Position numbers and translations under genes: made by a program. 64,000 bases of DNA from Minisyncoccota bacterium (GTDB lineage: Bacteria > Patescibacteriota > Minisyncoccia > Phycocordibacterales > JAACPR01): assembly GCA_041674225.1 (NCBI GenBank), contig JBAYWG010000001.1, positions 326,273-390,272 on the forward strand, given 5' to 3'. Below the pieces are notes generated by a model. The model saw nothing but the letters and a program-made list of their open reading frames with translations, searched no databases and was not told the DNA's origin. Shown in pieces: positions 38,750-48,123 of this stretch; within the stretch, counting starts at the first letter, position 1; each line of letters begins with the position of its first letter.

Positions 38750-38884
38750 ATGTCAGTAACATATAACCCAAGTAATAAAAAAAGAAAGACAACACACGGA
38801 TTCCTTGTAAGAGGTAGAACTTCTGGTGGAAAGAACGTTTTAGCTAGACGACGAGCAAAAGGACGAGCAAAGCTTGCTGTTTAA
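38750..38884 (+). CDS. rpmH: 50S ribosomal protein L34
   Basis: Manual translation [44 protein letters not shown]; below the ORF-track size cutoff. Confidence 0.96.
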   Translation: MSVTYNPSNKKRKTTHGFLVRGRTSGGKNVLARRRAKGRAKLAV

Positions 38885-38888
38885 ATAA

Positions 38889-39206
38889 ATGCTTCCCAAA
38901 ACACAAAGGATCAATACCCAAAGATTCGGAGAAATTATGGCCTCTGGCAGGAATATTAACGCCGGAGGTTTTTATTTAAAGACTCTAAATAACGATTCTT
39001 TGAGGTTTGCTGTGGCAATTCCTAAAAAGGTGGTCAAAAGTGCCATTAAGAGGCATCTTCTAAAACGTCGTATATTCAACATTATTAAAGAAAACAAAGA
39101 CCTTTTCCCTGTGGCTGATTATATTGTTTTTACTAATAAAGAAGCTTTGGATTTAAATCGAGTTCAAATGGAAGAAGCTATTAAAATAGCAGCTCAAAAG
39201 GTATAA
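38889..39206 (+). CDS. rnpA: Ribonuclease P protein component
   Basis: MLPKTQRI, RFAVAIPKKVVKSAIKRHLLKRR; located after rpmH. Confidence 0.92.
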   Translation: MLPKTQRINTQRFGEIMASGRNINAGGFYLKTLNNDSLRFAVAIPKKVVKSAIKRHLLKRRIFNIIKENKDLFPVADYIVFTNKEALDLNRVQMEEAIKIAAQKV

Positions 39207-39215
39207 TAAAAAACT

Positions 39216-39995
39216 ATGAAAGAACTTTTTAATGACCTGTTTTTTATACCCCTTTACAATGTCCTAGTTTTCTTTATTGATATTATTCCTGGAGGAGATG
39301 TGGGGTTTGCGGTGATTGCCCTTACACTTATGGTGAAGTTTATTCTCTTCCCTCTTTCTAAATCAGCTGTACGAACTTCTATTAAAAGTCGAGAAATTCA
39401 ACCAGAACTAGAAGAACTAAAAACAAAATACAAAGATAATAGAGAGGAAATGGGTCGAGCAATGCTTGATTTGTACAAGAAGCACCAAATAAACCCTTTC
39501 TCTGGGATACTTCTTATTTTTATTCAATTGCCAGTTATTTTGGCTCTTTATTGGGTGGTATATAAAGGTGGTCTGCCAGCCATAAACACAGACATCCTTT
39601 ATTCTTTTATTAGTGCCCCTTTAAACGTCGACATGACCTTTCTTGGGGTATTTCACATTGCAGAATCAAAGAACATAACACTGGCGCTTTTGGCTGCTGT
39701 GACTCAACACATTCAAGCGCGATTATCTTTCCCAAAACAAGAAAAGAAAGAGAAAAAAGAATCAGACAAACCAGATTTCAAGGAAGATTTAATGAGAGGT
39801 ATGCAAATCCAAATCAAATGGGTTCTTCCTGTGATGGTGTTTGCTTTTTCTTATGGACTAATCGCGGTGGTTTCTTTGTATTGGACTATCTCAAACCTTT
39901 TTGCCATTGGACAAGAGATTTATATTCGGGAAACAATCAAAAAACCTGCTCAAAAACTTAAGGATCAATTAGATCTCGACGCTCCAAAGAGTTAA
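39216..39995 (+). CDS. yidC: Membrane protein insertase YidC (short, monoderm-type)
   Basis: GFAVIALTLMVKFILFPL, IQPELEELK, INPFSG..IQLPV, LYWTISNLFAIGQE. Confidence 0.95.
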   Translation: MKELFNDLFFIPLYNVLVFFIDIIPGGDVGFAVIALTLMVKFILFPLSKSAVRTSIKSREIQPELEELKTKYKDNREEMGRAMLDLYKKHQINPFSGILLIFIQLPVILALYWVVYKGGLPAINTDILYSFISAPLNVDMTFLGVFHIAESKNITLALLAAVTQHIQARLSFPKQEKKEKKESDKPDFKEDLMRGMQIQIKWVLPVMVFAFSYGLIAVVSLYWTISNLFAIGQEIYIRETIKKPAQKLKDQLDLDAPKS

Positions 39996-41270
39996 ATCTC
40001 TTTTATTTACAAATAGAATAAAGTCATCTTTTGGACTTGTTGCAAGTTTTATCATGTCAAAACTTTGCTCCACCTCTTCCTTGTCACCTAAAATCTGATC
40101 GTATTGTTGAGTGTCTAGATTTATTCTCCAAAGGTTGTCAGCTAGAGATGTTGTTCCTTGATACCATGATTCAGGTAGAGCAACTCTTGGCATTTGAGTT
40201 GGTCCTGCGCAGAAAAGTACATCTTGGCTTGTTTGAGCAAAAACACATTTCTCAGGAAGAGTTGTCACTCCAAGTCTTTTTGTCTCCCCTGTTTCTGTGT
40301 TTAGTGAAAATGTACTGAACTCATTTGTTCTTGATACAGAGTATATTAGCCATTTTTCGTTAGAGCTAATTATTGCTGTAAGCCCAGATAAGTCTCCAAG
40401 TAGTTTTTCAGAAGATCCGTTCTGTGCATTTACAAGATAAGCAAAACCAGACACTCGCGAGTCAGCTTTTGTTGTCATTAAAATATTATTTGTGTTTACT
40501 CGCGAAATTACCCAATCTTTTAAAGGTGATTCCATAACTATTTTTTTAGAAAGGTCGTCGAGTGTAGATGTTATCAATGTGCTTCCGCCTGTGTTTTTTG
40601 GTAATAAATAAGTTAGTCCCGCCGCACTTAGTTTAGCGTCGATAAGGTTTGGAGAAAGATAAGTTCCTTCAAGTGCAAATCCGTCTGCAACCGGAGCCCC
40701 TCCAGAAGGTGATGTTGCAGATTTTTCAGTTACTTTAGCAGAAAGAGTCTGTGTTGATTCTTGGTCTTCATTTAAAATTCTCAAAAGAACCCTCTCTCCA
40801 TCTCTTGAAAAATAAGAATCAACCACACGTGGAATAGTTGTGTTTGAAAGCCTTGTTTGTGTCAAAGAGTCTTCCCTTGCTTCATAGAGGTGTCCTGTAG
40901 ATCTTTCAAGATATCGAAATACCACAAATGTATCTCTCTCTGTTGTTTCTGAACCATCTTCAGAAATAATTGGCCGAGAAGTGTTACCTGTTCTCTCGAT
41001 TGCAACAGATCCAGCTACAGGCACTTGAGAAAGTTGTCGAAGTCTTGGAATTAGATTTCGATTTAGAGGGTTTGTTCTGTTTGGATCAGCTCCAATTTCA
41101 CCATTTTCATCCATACCTGGAATATCAACAGGAAAGAAATCTTCAGGACGATTAAAAGCCGAAGGGTTTGTTGGATCCACATCTTCTTTTATAAAAAACA
41201 ACCAAACGACAAAACCGATAAAAGCAAATATTAAGATAAAAATTGTCCAAGCAAGTATTTTTCTAATCAT
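39969..41270 (-). CDS. Membrane-anchored extracellular protein, probable beta-propeller
   Basis: N-terminal TM helix and beta-rich repeats (FSRDGERV, SSNEKWL, SPKDDFI); last gene of the T4SS-like cluster. Confidence 0.6.
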   Translation of the reverse strand: MIRKILAWTIFILIFAFIGFVVWLFFIKEDVDPTNPSAFNRPEDFFPVDIPGMDENGEIGADPNRTNPLNRNLIPRLRQLSQVPVAGSVAIERTGNTSRPIISEDGSETTERDTFVVFRYLERSTGHLYEAREDSLTQTRLSNTTIPRVVDSYFSRDGERVLLRILNEDQESTQTLSAKVTEKSATSPSGGAPVADGFALEGTYLSPNLIDAKLSAAGLTYLLPKNTGGSTLITSTLDDLSKKIVMESPLKDWVISRVNTNNILMTTKADSRVSGFAYLVNAQNGSSEKLLGDLSGLTAIISSNEKWLIYSVSRTNEFSTFSLNTETGETKRLGVTTLPEKCVFAQTSQDVLFCAGPTQMPRVALPESWYQGTTSLADNLWRINLDTQQYDQILGDKEEVEQSFDMIKLATSPKDDFILFVNKRDLTLWSVEI

Positions 41271-41284
41271 GAAATTATTATAAC

Positions 41285-42043
41285 CTATCTTCTAATCGCA
41301 CCTAGTGTGTAATTCTCTTTTTCAACTAATACCAATTCGAAACTTCCTAGTGCGTTATTATCTAGGCCGAGCGCAATTCGCCCCGCCTCTGAAATCATTA
41401 AAGTGTTCTCAATTGGGTTTCTAGAATCAATCTCCACCACTACTTCTTTGTTGTTAGTTAAATTTTTAATTTTTAAATATTTTGTTGATAGGAATCTGTT
41501 TGCAACCCCAGTGTTTTCTACTATTGTAAAACCTGATTTCAGGGCTAATTCACTGGTTGGATACGCGGCATAGTATTCTGCACTCGGAATTCTTTCTCTT
41601 ATTGGAACTCCACTTACTTCCCCTACATCTCCATATCCAAATCTTCCGCTTGCATCACCTGGTGTGAAAATAATATTTTCTCCTGCTGAGTCTTGTGCAA
41701 AATAATATTCCCCAAATTCGTCTGAAGAAACAAACTCCAGCCCACCAATACTTTTAGGATTTCTAATCAAAGAGTATTCAACATTATTTTTTATTACAGT
41801 TTTAATATCTTTTGGCCCACCGTATACATTTATTTTCAATTTATTAAGACCAAAAGATTCAAAATACTCTGTTGGGCTCGAAGATGTGTCTTCTTTTACA
41901 AAATCAAAAGATTGCTCTGCTGGAATATTTTCTGCTGGAGAGTTTGATACTTCTGCTCTATCTTGAAATGTAAAAATAATTCCAAAGATTGCAAAAATTA
42001 TTATGATGACAGAAACCCCTATAATTATTTGTTGTTTATTCAT
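41285..42043 (-). CDS. Membrane-anchored protein with degenerate RlpA-like double-psi beta-barrel
   Basis: LKIKNLTNNKEVVVEIDSRNP...MISEAGRIALG resembles RlpA VTNLENG-SVVVRINDRGP...DLS-AAA-LG. Confidence 0.55.
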   Translation of the reverse strand: MNKQQIIIGVSVIIIIFAIFGIIFTFQDRAEVSNSPAENIPAEQSFDFVKEDTSSSPTEYFESFGLNKLKINVYGGPKDIKTVIKNNVEYSLIRNPKSIGGLEFVSSDEFGEYYFAQDSAGENIIFTPGDASGRFGYGDVGEVSGVPIRERIPSAEYYAAYPTSELALKSGFTIVENTGVANRFLSTKYLKIKNLTNNKEVVVEIDSRNPIENTLMISEAGRIALGLDNNALGSFELVLVEKENYTLGAIRR

Positions 42044-42681
42044 TATCCAAAAATATCAATTATGAATTTTGTACCATCTCCTTTTGATGGAAGAATTGTT
42101 GAAATCATTAGAATTGAAACTAGTGCAATCAAAAGACCTCCTAGAGCTGCGTAGATTTTGTCTTTTCCTGCCCCTTTTGCAAAAACAGATTCGCTTCCCA
42201 TATATTGAATTCCGCCCACAATCATCATTATTACCGCCAAAACAATAGTTATCGTGATTGAAACTGTAAAAATAGTTTCAATCATTCCACCCAAACCTGT
42301 TCTTCCGTCAAAAAAAGTTTGATAACCGGGCGTAATTGGTTTGTATTTACTTCCACTTGCGCTATTTGAGACAGGGTTGGTGCTTACATTCCTTCCCGCA
42401 GACGCTCCAAGGTTTCCAATGTTTGAATTGTTGGTGCTTACATTCCTTCCCGCAGACGCTCCAAGGTTTCCAATGTTTGAATTGTTGGGATTTACTCCCG
42501 AGTCTTGTTGTGCTGCTTCCGTAGACAATCTATCTTCCAGACGTTTTGCAGCTTCCTCCATTTGATCACTAAGATTAAGATTTGGACGCTGAGCTTGAGC
42601 GACAGTTGTGTTTATTGAATATATAAATATAAATACAATTACAAATATAAAATATTTAGTTTTAGAAAGCAGTTGTTGCAT
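42043..42681 (-). CDS. VirB2/TrbC-like pilin with repetitive N-terminal extension
   Basis: Signal peptide; C-terminal helical hairpin IVLAVIMMIVGGIQYM...GKDKIYAALGGLLIALVS. Confidence 0.7.
   Translation of the reverse strand: MQQLLSKTKYFIFVIVFIFIYSINTTVAQAQRPNLNLSDQMEEAAKRLEDRLSTEAAQQDSGVNPNNSNIGNLGASAGRNVSTNNSNIGNLGASAGRNVSTNPVSNSASGSKYKPITPGYQTFFDGRTGLGGMIETIFTVSITITIVLAVIMMIVGGIQYMGSESVFAKGAGKDKIYAALGGLLIALVSILMISTILPSKGDGTKFIIDIFG
42376..42488. repeat. Exact 54-bp tandem duplication
   Basis: 42376-42429 is identical to 42430-42483; encodes NNSNIGNLGASAGRNVST twice. Confidence 0.95.
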
Positions 42682-43693
42682 CGTTGTTTATTGTATCAAA
42701 TTGTTGATTTCCCAACACGTTAATTTTGAAAAGATTACTCCCTTCTTGAAGAATGTTTTGAACATGCTCTACTTTTACAGATAAGCTAGCCGTTCCACTT
42801 TTTTCTTTCCCAGGATTTAAATAATTGATAAAGCTTCCAACAGAGTCGTCCCCTACTGGTCGGCCGTTTTCAAACCAAGAATATTGTAAATTTCCCGAAC
42901 TTCTTTCTTGTGCGCTAAAAAAGTATGGAACAGCCGTTATTCCCACCTCCTCTCTGTCAAAATTAAATGTTCCAGTAAGTGCTTTTTCAAAAATACTTCC
43001 ATAAATTGGATTATTTTCATAAAGGATAACTTGAGGAATTGTTGGATTTATTAAAATTCTTTTCTTTGCTGTGAGATTTGAATTGATAGATTCAGCCACT
43101 ACAGAAACATAAAAAGGTCTTGAGATTAAAGATCCTTGAATTTTGATACTATCTCTCCCCGTTCCAGAAGCCGATTGAATTATTTCGTCGTCCTTTGACC
43201 AAGTGTAAGTAATTCTTTCTTTTGGAAGTAAAACCCCATTTTCTATAAAATTTGTCATCGCCGCTACTGTCAGAGATGATTGATGCGTAAAAAGTGATCG
43301 TCCTTTGTAAAATGGAGGAACATAAGTATCTGCTTCATAAACTAAATCTAAGTCTGTAGGGTTAATAGAAATCGAATCACGCAAAACCAAACCATTTTCT
43401 TTAGTTACATTCACAGAAATATTCGAGTTCCTTCCAGATTCAGGGGCTTGAAATTGGAAAAAAGTCTCTCCCACCCCGCTTTTTTTTACAACCCCATCTA
43501 CTAGCCAAGAAATATTGGTCTTTTTTAGGCTCGCATAATAACTGCTTTTTACTTGTGCACTGACCATTTCTTTTGGTGCTGGAATTTTAGGAATAATTTC
43601 AATAGAAACTGTTTCATCAAAAGCAGATGAAGTTGTTTGTGCAAAAAATTGAATTGGAGAAAATATTAGTGCAAAGAGTATTAAATATTTCAT
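42662..43693 (-). CDS. Secreted protein with three Ig/PKD-like domains
   Basis: Signal peptide; repeated ISWLVDG, YTWSKDD and YSWFENG; YEADTYVPPFYKGR. Confidence 0.65.
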   Translation of the reverse strand: MKYLILFALIFSPIQFFAQTTSSAFDETVSIEIIPKIPAPKEMVSAQVKSSYYASLKKTNISWLVDGVVKKSGVGETFFQFQAPESGRNSNISVNVTKENGLVLRDSISINPTDLDLVYEADTYVPPFYKGRSLFTHQSSLTVAAMTNFIENGVLLPKERITYTWSKDDEIIQSASGTGRDSIKIQGSLISRPFYVSVVAESINSNLTAKKRILINPTIPQVILYENNPIYGSIFEKALTGTFNFDREEVGITAVPYFFSAQERSSGNLQYSWFENGRPVGDDSVGSFINYLNPGKEKSGTASLSVKVEHVQNILQEGSNLFKINVLGNQQFDTINNDATTAF

Positions 43694-43754
43694 TATGATT
43701 ATTTTAACTCTTTTTAAAAAAGTTAACTACTTATTTATTAAATACAAAAAGGTT

Positions 43755-44327
43755 TTATTTCTTTGCCGCGGCTTTTTGGGCAGCTTTATCTGCTAGGGCG
43801 CTATCAAGATAGTTCCAAATAAATATAATTGTAAACAAAGGAAGCGCTTCTATAACAGGAATGCTCTCTGCGGCTATCGCAACAAGCCTCAACCATTTTG
43901 GAAGCTTCAGCGCCGCTTTAAAAGCTTCTTCTGCTTTAGCTGCTGCTTCAGCAAGCTTTCCGGCTTTCTGGAGTCTGTTAGAGCTTCCCATATATCGGGT
44001 TACTTTTCTAAAATCTGTAATTGTGCTCGCTTTATGAACATCTTCATATCCAAAGCTACTTTCCAGATTCCTTGCATTAGCTTGATGTTTTTTGTCTTTT
44101 TTATGTAGATAAATAAGGAGTAGCGGGGTAAAAATAAATGTAGTACAGATCCATACGATGGCAGCACCTGGTCCTGTGAAGTATCCTCCAATATCTATTA
44201 TGTCTACCAAGATACAAAGTATCAGCATAAGAATATCAAGACCAACGTCTTTTTTTGTGGTGGTCTCAGTCTGAGAAGTTTTTCCGTTTCCCTGTCTGGC
44301 TAGTCGGGTCACCTTTTCGTTTGCCAT
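43755..44327 (-). CDS. Membrane protein of the T4SS-like cluster
   Basis: Two hydrophobic blocks and an ESIPVIEALP motif; adjacent to virB4. Confidence 0.6.
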   Translation of the reverse strand: MANEKVTRLARQGNGKTSQTETTTKKDVGLDILMLILCILVDIIDIGGYFTGPGAAIVWICTTFIFTPLLLIYLHKKDKKHQANARNLESSFGYEDVHKASTITDFRKVTRYMGSSNRLQKAGKLAEAAAKAEEAFKAALKLPKWLRLVAIAAESIPVIEALPLFTIIFIWNYLDSALADKAAQKAAAKK

Positions 44328-44328
44328 G

Positions 44329-46209
44329 TTAGTTTACTGTATTACTTTTAACCTCTGTTGTTCGTCGAGCTAGGACGTCAGACGCTTTTGTTCCTGCAGA
44401 TTCTTTCAAATCAGATTTAGCTTTTTTGATTTGTAGAACCTGTGAAGGGTCGGATGTAATAATCTGATCCTCTGTATAAGAAGCAATAATTTTAATAGCA
44501 ACGTGTTTGATTCCGGCGAAGAAGATTCCCTCCCCCACATCAGATTCTAGAAGTAGATATTTTTCTTCTTCGGTTAGGTTGAAAGTTTGCTGAATCATAT
44601 CAATCGCTGTTGGAGATTGTTTTAACAAAAGTTGAATCGATGAGTTGGTAATAATTGGCATTCCATAAGGTGATCGCAAAAAGTCTTCCACGTCTTGTGT
44701 AATTGTAGACATTCCCAAATAATATTTTCGTCCTCGTTTTGCAAGACCAAACAAAAATGATGCAGTGTCTTCTGATTTCATCATCCACCATGCCTCATCA
44801 ATCACTAATAATCTTTTCTTTAATTGCTTTCTAACTGCATTCCAAATAAAGTGTGTCACCAAATACATCGCAACTGGTTTTAGTTCATCTTCCATGTCTC
44901 TCAAAGAAAACACGACGAATCTTTTATTTATATCTACGTTTGTTGGTCTATTGATGAAACCTGACCATGTTCCTCGAGTGTATTTAGAAAGTTTTTGTGC
45001 CAAAGATTCCCCTCCTTCCATTCCAGACAAAACATATTCGAAGTCTGAAAGAAGTGGCGGTTCAATATTTGAGAAATCACTTTCAGGAGTAATATCTTTC
45101 AATGCATAAGTTTCTGCAATTGCTCTATCCACGATAGCATCTTCTTCTGGAGTTAATCCTCCAAGCATCAGTCGGAAAAGCCCTACAAGGTTTACAATGT
45201 TTGAGCGCAAAATATCAGACGCAGCTTCATCATCTCTTGCTGGCGGAAGATCAAAAGGGTTAATGTGGTGATCTGATGTAAGAGAAATGTTGAAGTACCT
45301 TCCTCCTGTGGCTTCTGCCAAGAATTCGTATTCCCTTTCAGGGTCGATTACTAGCACATCTGTTTCAAACATTAGTGTTCTCAAAATTTCTAGTTTTGTA
45401 GCGTAAGATTTTCCAGAACCGGCTTTCGCAAACGTTACAGAGTTGTAGTTTTCTAGACTGAATCTATCAAACAAAATTAGTGAACTGTTGTGTCGGTTGA
45501 TTCCAAAAAGAATTCCTTTGTCTGATGTAAGGTCAAAAGAAATAAAAGGAAACAAACTTGAAAGAGGTGCAGAATTTAGTTTTGAATGAACTCCTAAAAT
45601 ATCTTGAGCAGTTGGAATAACAGTTTTAAAACCTTCCTCTTGTTGAAAAAGTGCAGGTTTTACATAAACTAATTTTGCTTCAAGAATTGATTTTATTTCT
45701 GATTCAAATTTATCTAGTTCATCTTTGCTTTCTGCATAAATAGAAAAATAGAGTCCAACATCAAATATTTTTTCTTGAGCTTGCTGCAAACTGTCTCTCA
45801 AAATTTCCAAATCTTGATAAGCTGTATCCAATATAGGATCTCGAACCAACCCTTTATTTTCTCGTGTGTGAATTTGTGATTGTACTTCCGCAACTTTCTT
45901 TTTGAATTGTCGCAAAATTGTAGCCGTATCTATCGGGTGAACATAAATAGAAATATCAAAAACTCTGTCCAAGTTAATCACCGGAGAAAACCAAGAGTCA
46001 GACAAAAATCTTGGATATGAAATCACAAAGAAACTTCTCACCATTTTGTCCCCCAGGTTTATTTCCCTAGGTGTTACTTTCAAAGCGCTCGGTGCAATCA
46101 CATCTTGCAACTCCAAAACTCCAGCTTCATAAATTTCTTGTGGCAGAAAAGAAGTAATCTGTGTTGGTTCTTTTTGTTTTTTTCCTTTTATAAAATCAAG
46201 TATTCCCAT
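44329..46209 (-). CDS. virB4: VirB4/ConE-like conjugative T4SS ATPase
   Basis: FAKAGSGKS Walker A, VIDPEREY, INPFD, LLVIDEAW Walker B, RGRKY, TITQD, LLKQ. Confidence 0.9.
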   Translation of the reverse strand: MGILDFIKGKKQKEPTQITSFLPQEIYEAGVLELQDVIAPSALKVTPREINLGDKMVRSFFVISYPRFLSDSWFSPVINLDRVFDISIYVHPIDTATILRQFKKKVAEVQSQIHTRENKGLVRDPILDTAYQDLEILRDSLQQAQEKIFDVGLYFSIYAESKDELDKFESEIKSILEAKLVYVKPALFQQEEGFKTVIPTAQDILGVHSKLNSAPLSSLFPFISFDLTSDKGILFGINRHNSSLILFDRFSLENYNSVTFAKAGSGKSYATKLEILRTLMFETDVLVIDPEREYEFLAEATGGRYFNISLTSDHHINPFDLPPARDDEAASDILRSNIVNLVGLFRLMLGGLTPEEDAIVDRAIAETYALKDITPESDFSNIEPPLLSDFEYVLSGMEGGESLAQKLSKYTRGTWSGFINRPTNVDINKRFVVFSLRDMEDELKPVAMYLVTHFIWNAVRKQLKKRLLVIDEAWWMMKSEDTASFLFGLAKRGRKYYLGMSTITQDVEDFLRSPYGMPIITNSSIQLLLKQSPTAIDMIQQTFNLTEEEKYLLLESDVGEGIFFAGIKHVAIKIIASYTEDQIITSDPSQVLQIKKAKSDLKESAGTKASDVLARRTTEVKSNTVN

Positions 46210-46213
46210 GTTT

Positions 46214-46852
46214 TTAATTTACCGGAATCGGTTTTTCTACATCTCCTGGATTGAACAGTCTATAAAAAACTTCAATCGCTTCTTCTGTTCCTAATTGTAC
46301 AGCTCTTACTCCTGCTCTTGTAATACCTTGTTGTACGACCGCAATCCTTTGTTCTATTTGTGTGCTGTGTTCTTCAAAATCCTCTTTCTTCCCCGCTGCC
46401 ACTGTGGCGGCACTTTGTTTTTTGAAAAAACCTTTGCTCTTGTTGGAGTTGATGTTGATTGTTGCAGGTGTATAAGGCACAACGATGTAAAAAGTTTTGG
46501 TCATAATATTTGTTCTGTCTGTGAAAGCCTTGATGAATTCAATGTATTCCTTTACTTGGATACGCATCAAATCGTTTATTTGTTCTTTTTCTCGCACCTC
46601 CAATGTTGCGATGTATGGTCGGATGTCTAGCCTTCGTGATTGAATAAAAATCTGTACGCTGAAATTTAGAGAGTTTAGAAATTGTTGAAATTGGAAAATA
46701 ATAGAATCTTGCTCATCTTGAGACTTAAGTGCGAAGTTTACAGAAGATGTCATCAATAGAGCACGCATCGAACCATCTTTCAAAACTAAAATTCCATTAC
46801 GAACTTCTTTAATCGGAACAATTGTTTGTGTTGATTTTTTACTTTCCGCCAT
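46214..46852 (-). CDS. VirB4-associated protein (TraC/VirB4 N-terminal-like)
   Basis: SSVNFALKSQDEQDSIIFQFQQFLNSLNFSVQI, FYIVVPY; lies between prgI and virB4. Confidence 0.7.
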   Translation of the reverse strand: MAESKKSTQTIVPIKEVRNGILVLKDGSMRALLMTSSVNFALKSQDEQDSIIFQFQQFLNSLNFSVQIFIQSRRLDIRPYIATLEVREKEQINDLMRIQVKEYIEFIKAFTDRTNIMTKTFYIVVPYTPATININSNKSKGFFKKQSAATVAAGKKEDFEEHSTQIEQRIAVVQQGITRAGVRAVQLGTEEAIEVFYRLFNPGDVEKPIPVN

Positions 46853-46869
46853 AATATTTTTTTATTATA

Positions 46870-47298
46870 TCACTGCTTCGGAGTAATATCGTCTAAAGTT
46901 TCTAGAGTTTCGTGAATATCTAATCCCCAAGATAAATCTTTTAGTTTGCTGTTTGAAAGTTTTGGCACATCAAGTGATGCTCTTTGAATAATTTCTGCAG
47001 CTTGTTTCTCCGGAGTTCGCTCTCTTTTTTTCCAAAGATAAAGTTTTGGTGCAAATAAATATTTAAAGAAATGTTCGATTGCTATCACTAGTGGTCTGTC
47101 GTTTACTTTCCAAAAAGCTAATCCAAAAAACAAAGCCACAAAAGGTGCTCCAAATAAAATTGCTAAAAATCTCGGAAAGGTTGTCCAAAAAACAAAGCCG
47201 ATAGCTATCCCCGCTCCAGCATAAAGGAATTGTTTTAATGTAAATGGTCCGAATATTTTATCTTCGATTTCTAAGAATTGTGGAACTTGATATTTCAT
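46870..47298 (-). CDS. prgI: PrgI-family protein (VirB3-like)
   Basis: YQVPQFLEIEDKIFGPFTLKQF, 2 TM helices, KVNDRP. Confidence 0.88.
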   Translation of the reverse strand: MKYQVPQFLEIEDKIFGPFTLKQFLYAGAGIAIGFVFWTTFPRFLAILFGAPFVALFFGLAFWKVNDRPLVIAIEHFFKYLFAPKLYLWKKRERTPEKQAAEIIQRASLDVPKLSNSKLKDLSWGLDIHETLETLDDITPKQ

Positions 47299-47307
47299 AT
47301 TTATATT

Positions 47308-48120
47308 CTACGCTACTGGTTCTCTGTATGGATCTACTTTTGCAGGTTGAGTTGTGTTTGGTGGTGTGATTTTTTCTTCAAATACTGATGTATCAACCGA
47401 TTTTGGCATTGGAATGAAGATTGGCTTTGGTGGAGTAACCGGTTTAATTGTGACTGGCTCAGGTTTTATTTCTGCAACAACTGGTGGAACTATAAGTGTT
47501 ATTGGGGTCTTTGGAATTTCTGGCGCCACAGGAACAGTTGGAATAGTTGGAATTTTTAAGTCTTCTGGAATAGGTTCTTTGTAAGGATCTTCCTTTTTTA
47601 CTTCTACGACAGACGGCACAGGTGGTGTAACTGGAGAAACTGAAGCATCTTTAGTTTCGTTTTTATTTTCAAAATAATCAGAAGGAATTTTGTTTTTTAG
47701 AGAAGGTTTTGAATTTATTTTTACCGCACTCTCGATATCTTGAGCAACTCTGTTTAGTTGGCTGTTGGCCTCTCTGTCTACATCCGCGACTGTATCTGCT
47801 GTCTCTGTAATAGAAATCAGTTTCCGGCGGATGTCTCCAAAGATTTCTCGTTCAACTTCGTTTGAAATTGTATAAGCTTGATCGTCACTTACTCCTGCAT
47901 ACTCTTTTGCGTTTCGTACAAAAGTTTCTGGAGTTTCTATTCCTAACATTGTGATGAAAACTAGATTTTCAATGGCTGCTCCTTGATCAACATGAAGATT
48001 GTTATTTTTTACAACTCTACGAATTTTTTCTTGCCAATTAGAACCAGTGATAGTATCTCGAATTACCGGTGGTAATGTTTTGAATTGTTCTTTTATGATG
48101 CTTTGTGTGTCGTTATCCAT
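47308..48120 (-). CDS. Conserved hypothetical protein with Pro-rich tail
   Basis: Helical N-terminal domain (NNLHVDQGAAIE) and a P/V/T-rich linker with DPY(K/R)EP twice. Confidence 0.65.
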   Translation of the reverse strand: MDNDTQSIIKEQFKTLPPVIRDTITGSNWQEKIRRVVKNNNLHVDQGAAIENLVFITMLGIETPETFVRNAKEYAGVSDDQAYTISNEVEREIFGDIRRKLISITETADTVADVDREANSQLNRVAQDIESAVKINSKPSLKNKIPSDYFENKNETKDASVSPVTPPVPSVVEVKKEDPYKEPIPEDLKIPTIPTVPVAPEIPKTPITLIVPPVVAEIKPEPVTIKPVTPPKPIFIPMPKSVDTSVFEEKITPPNTTQPAKVDPYREPVA

Positions 48121-48123
48121 ATT

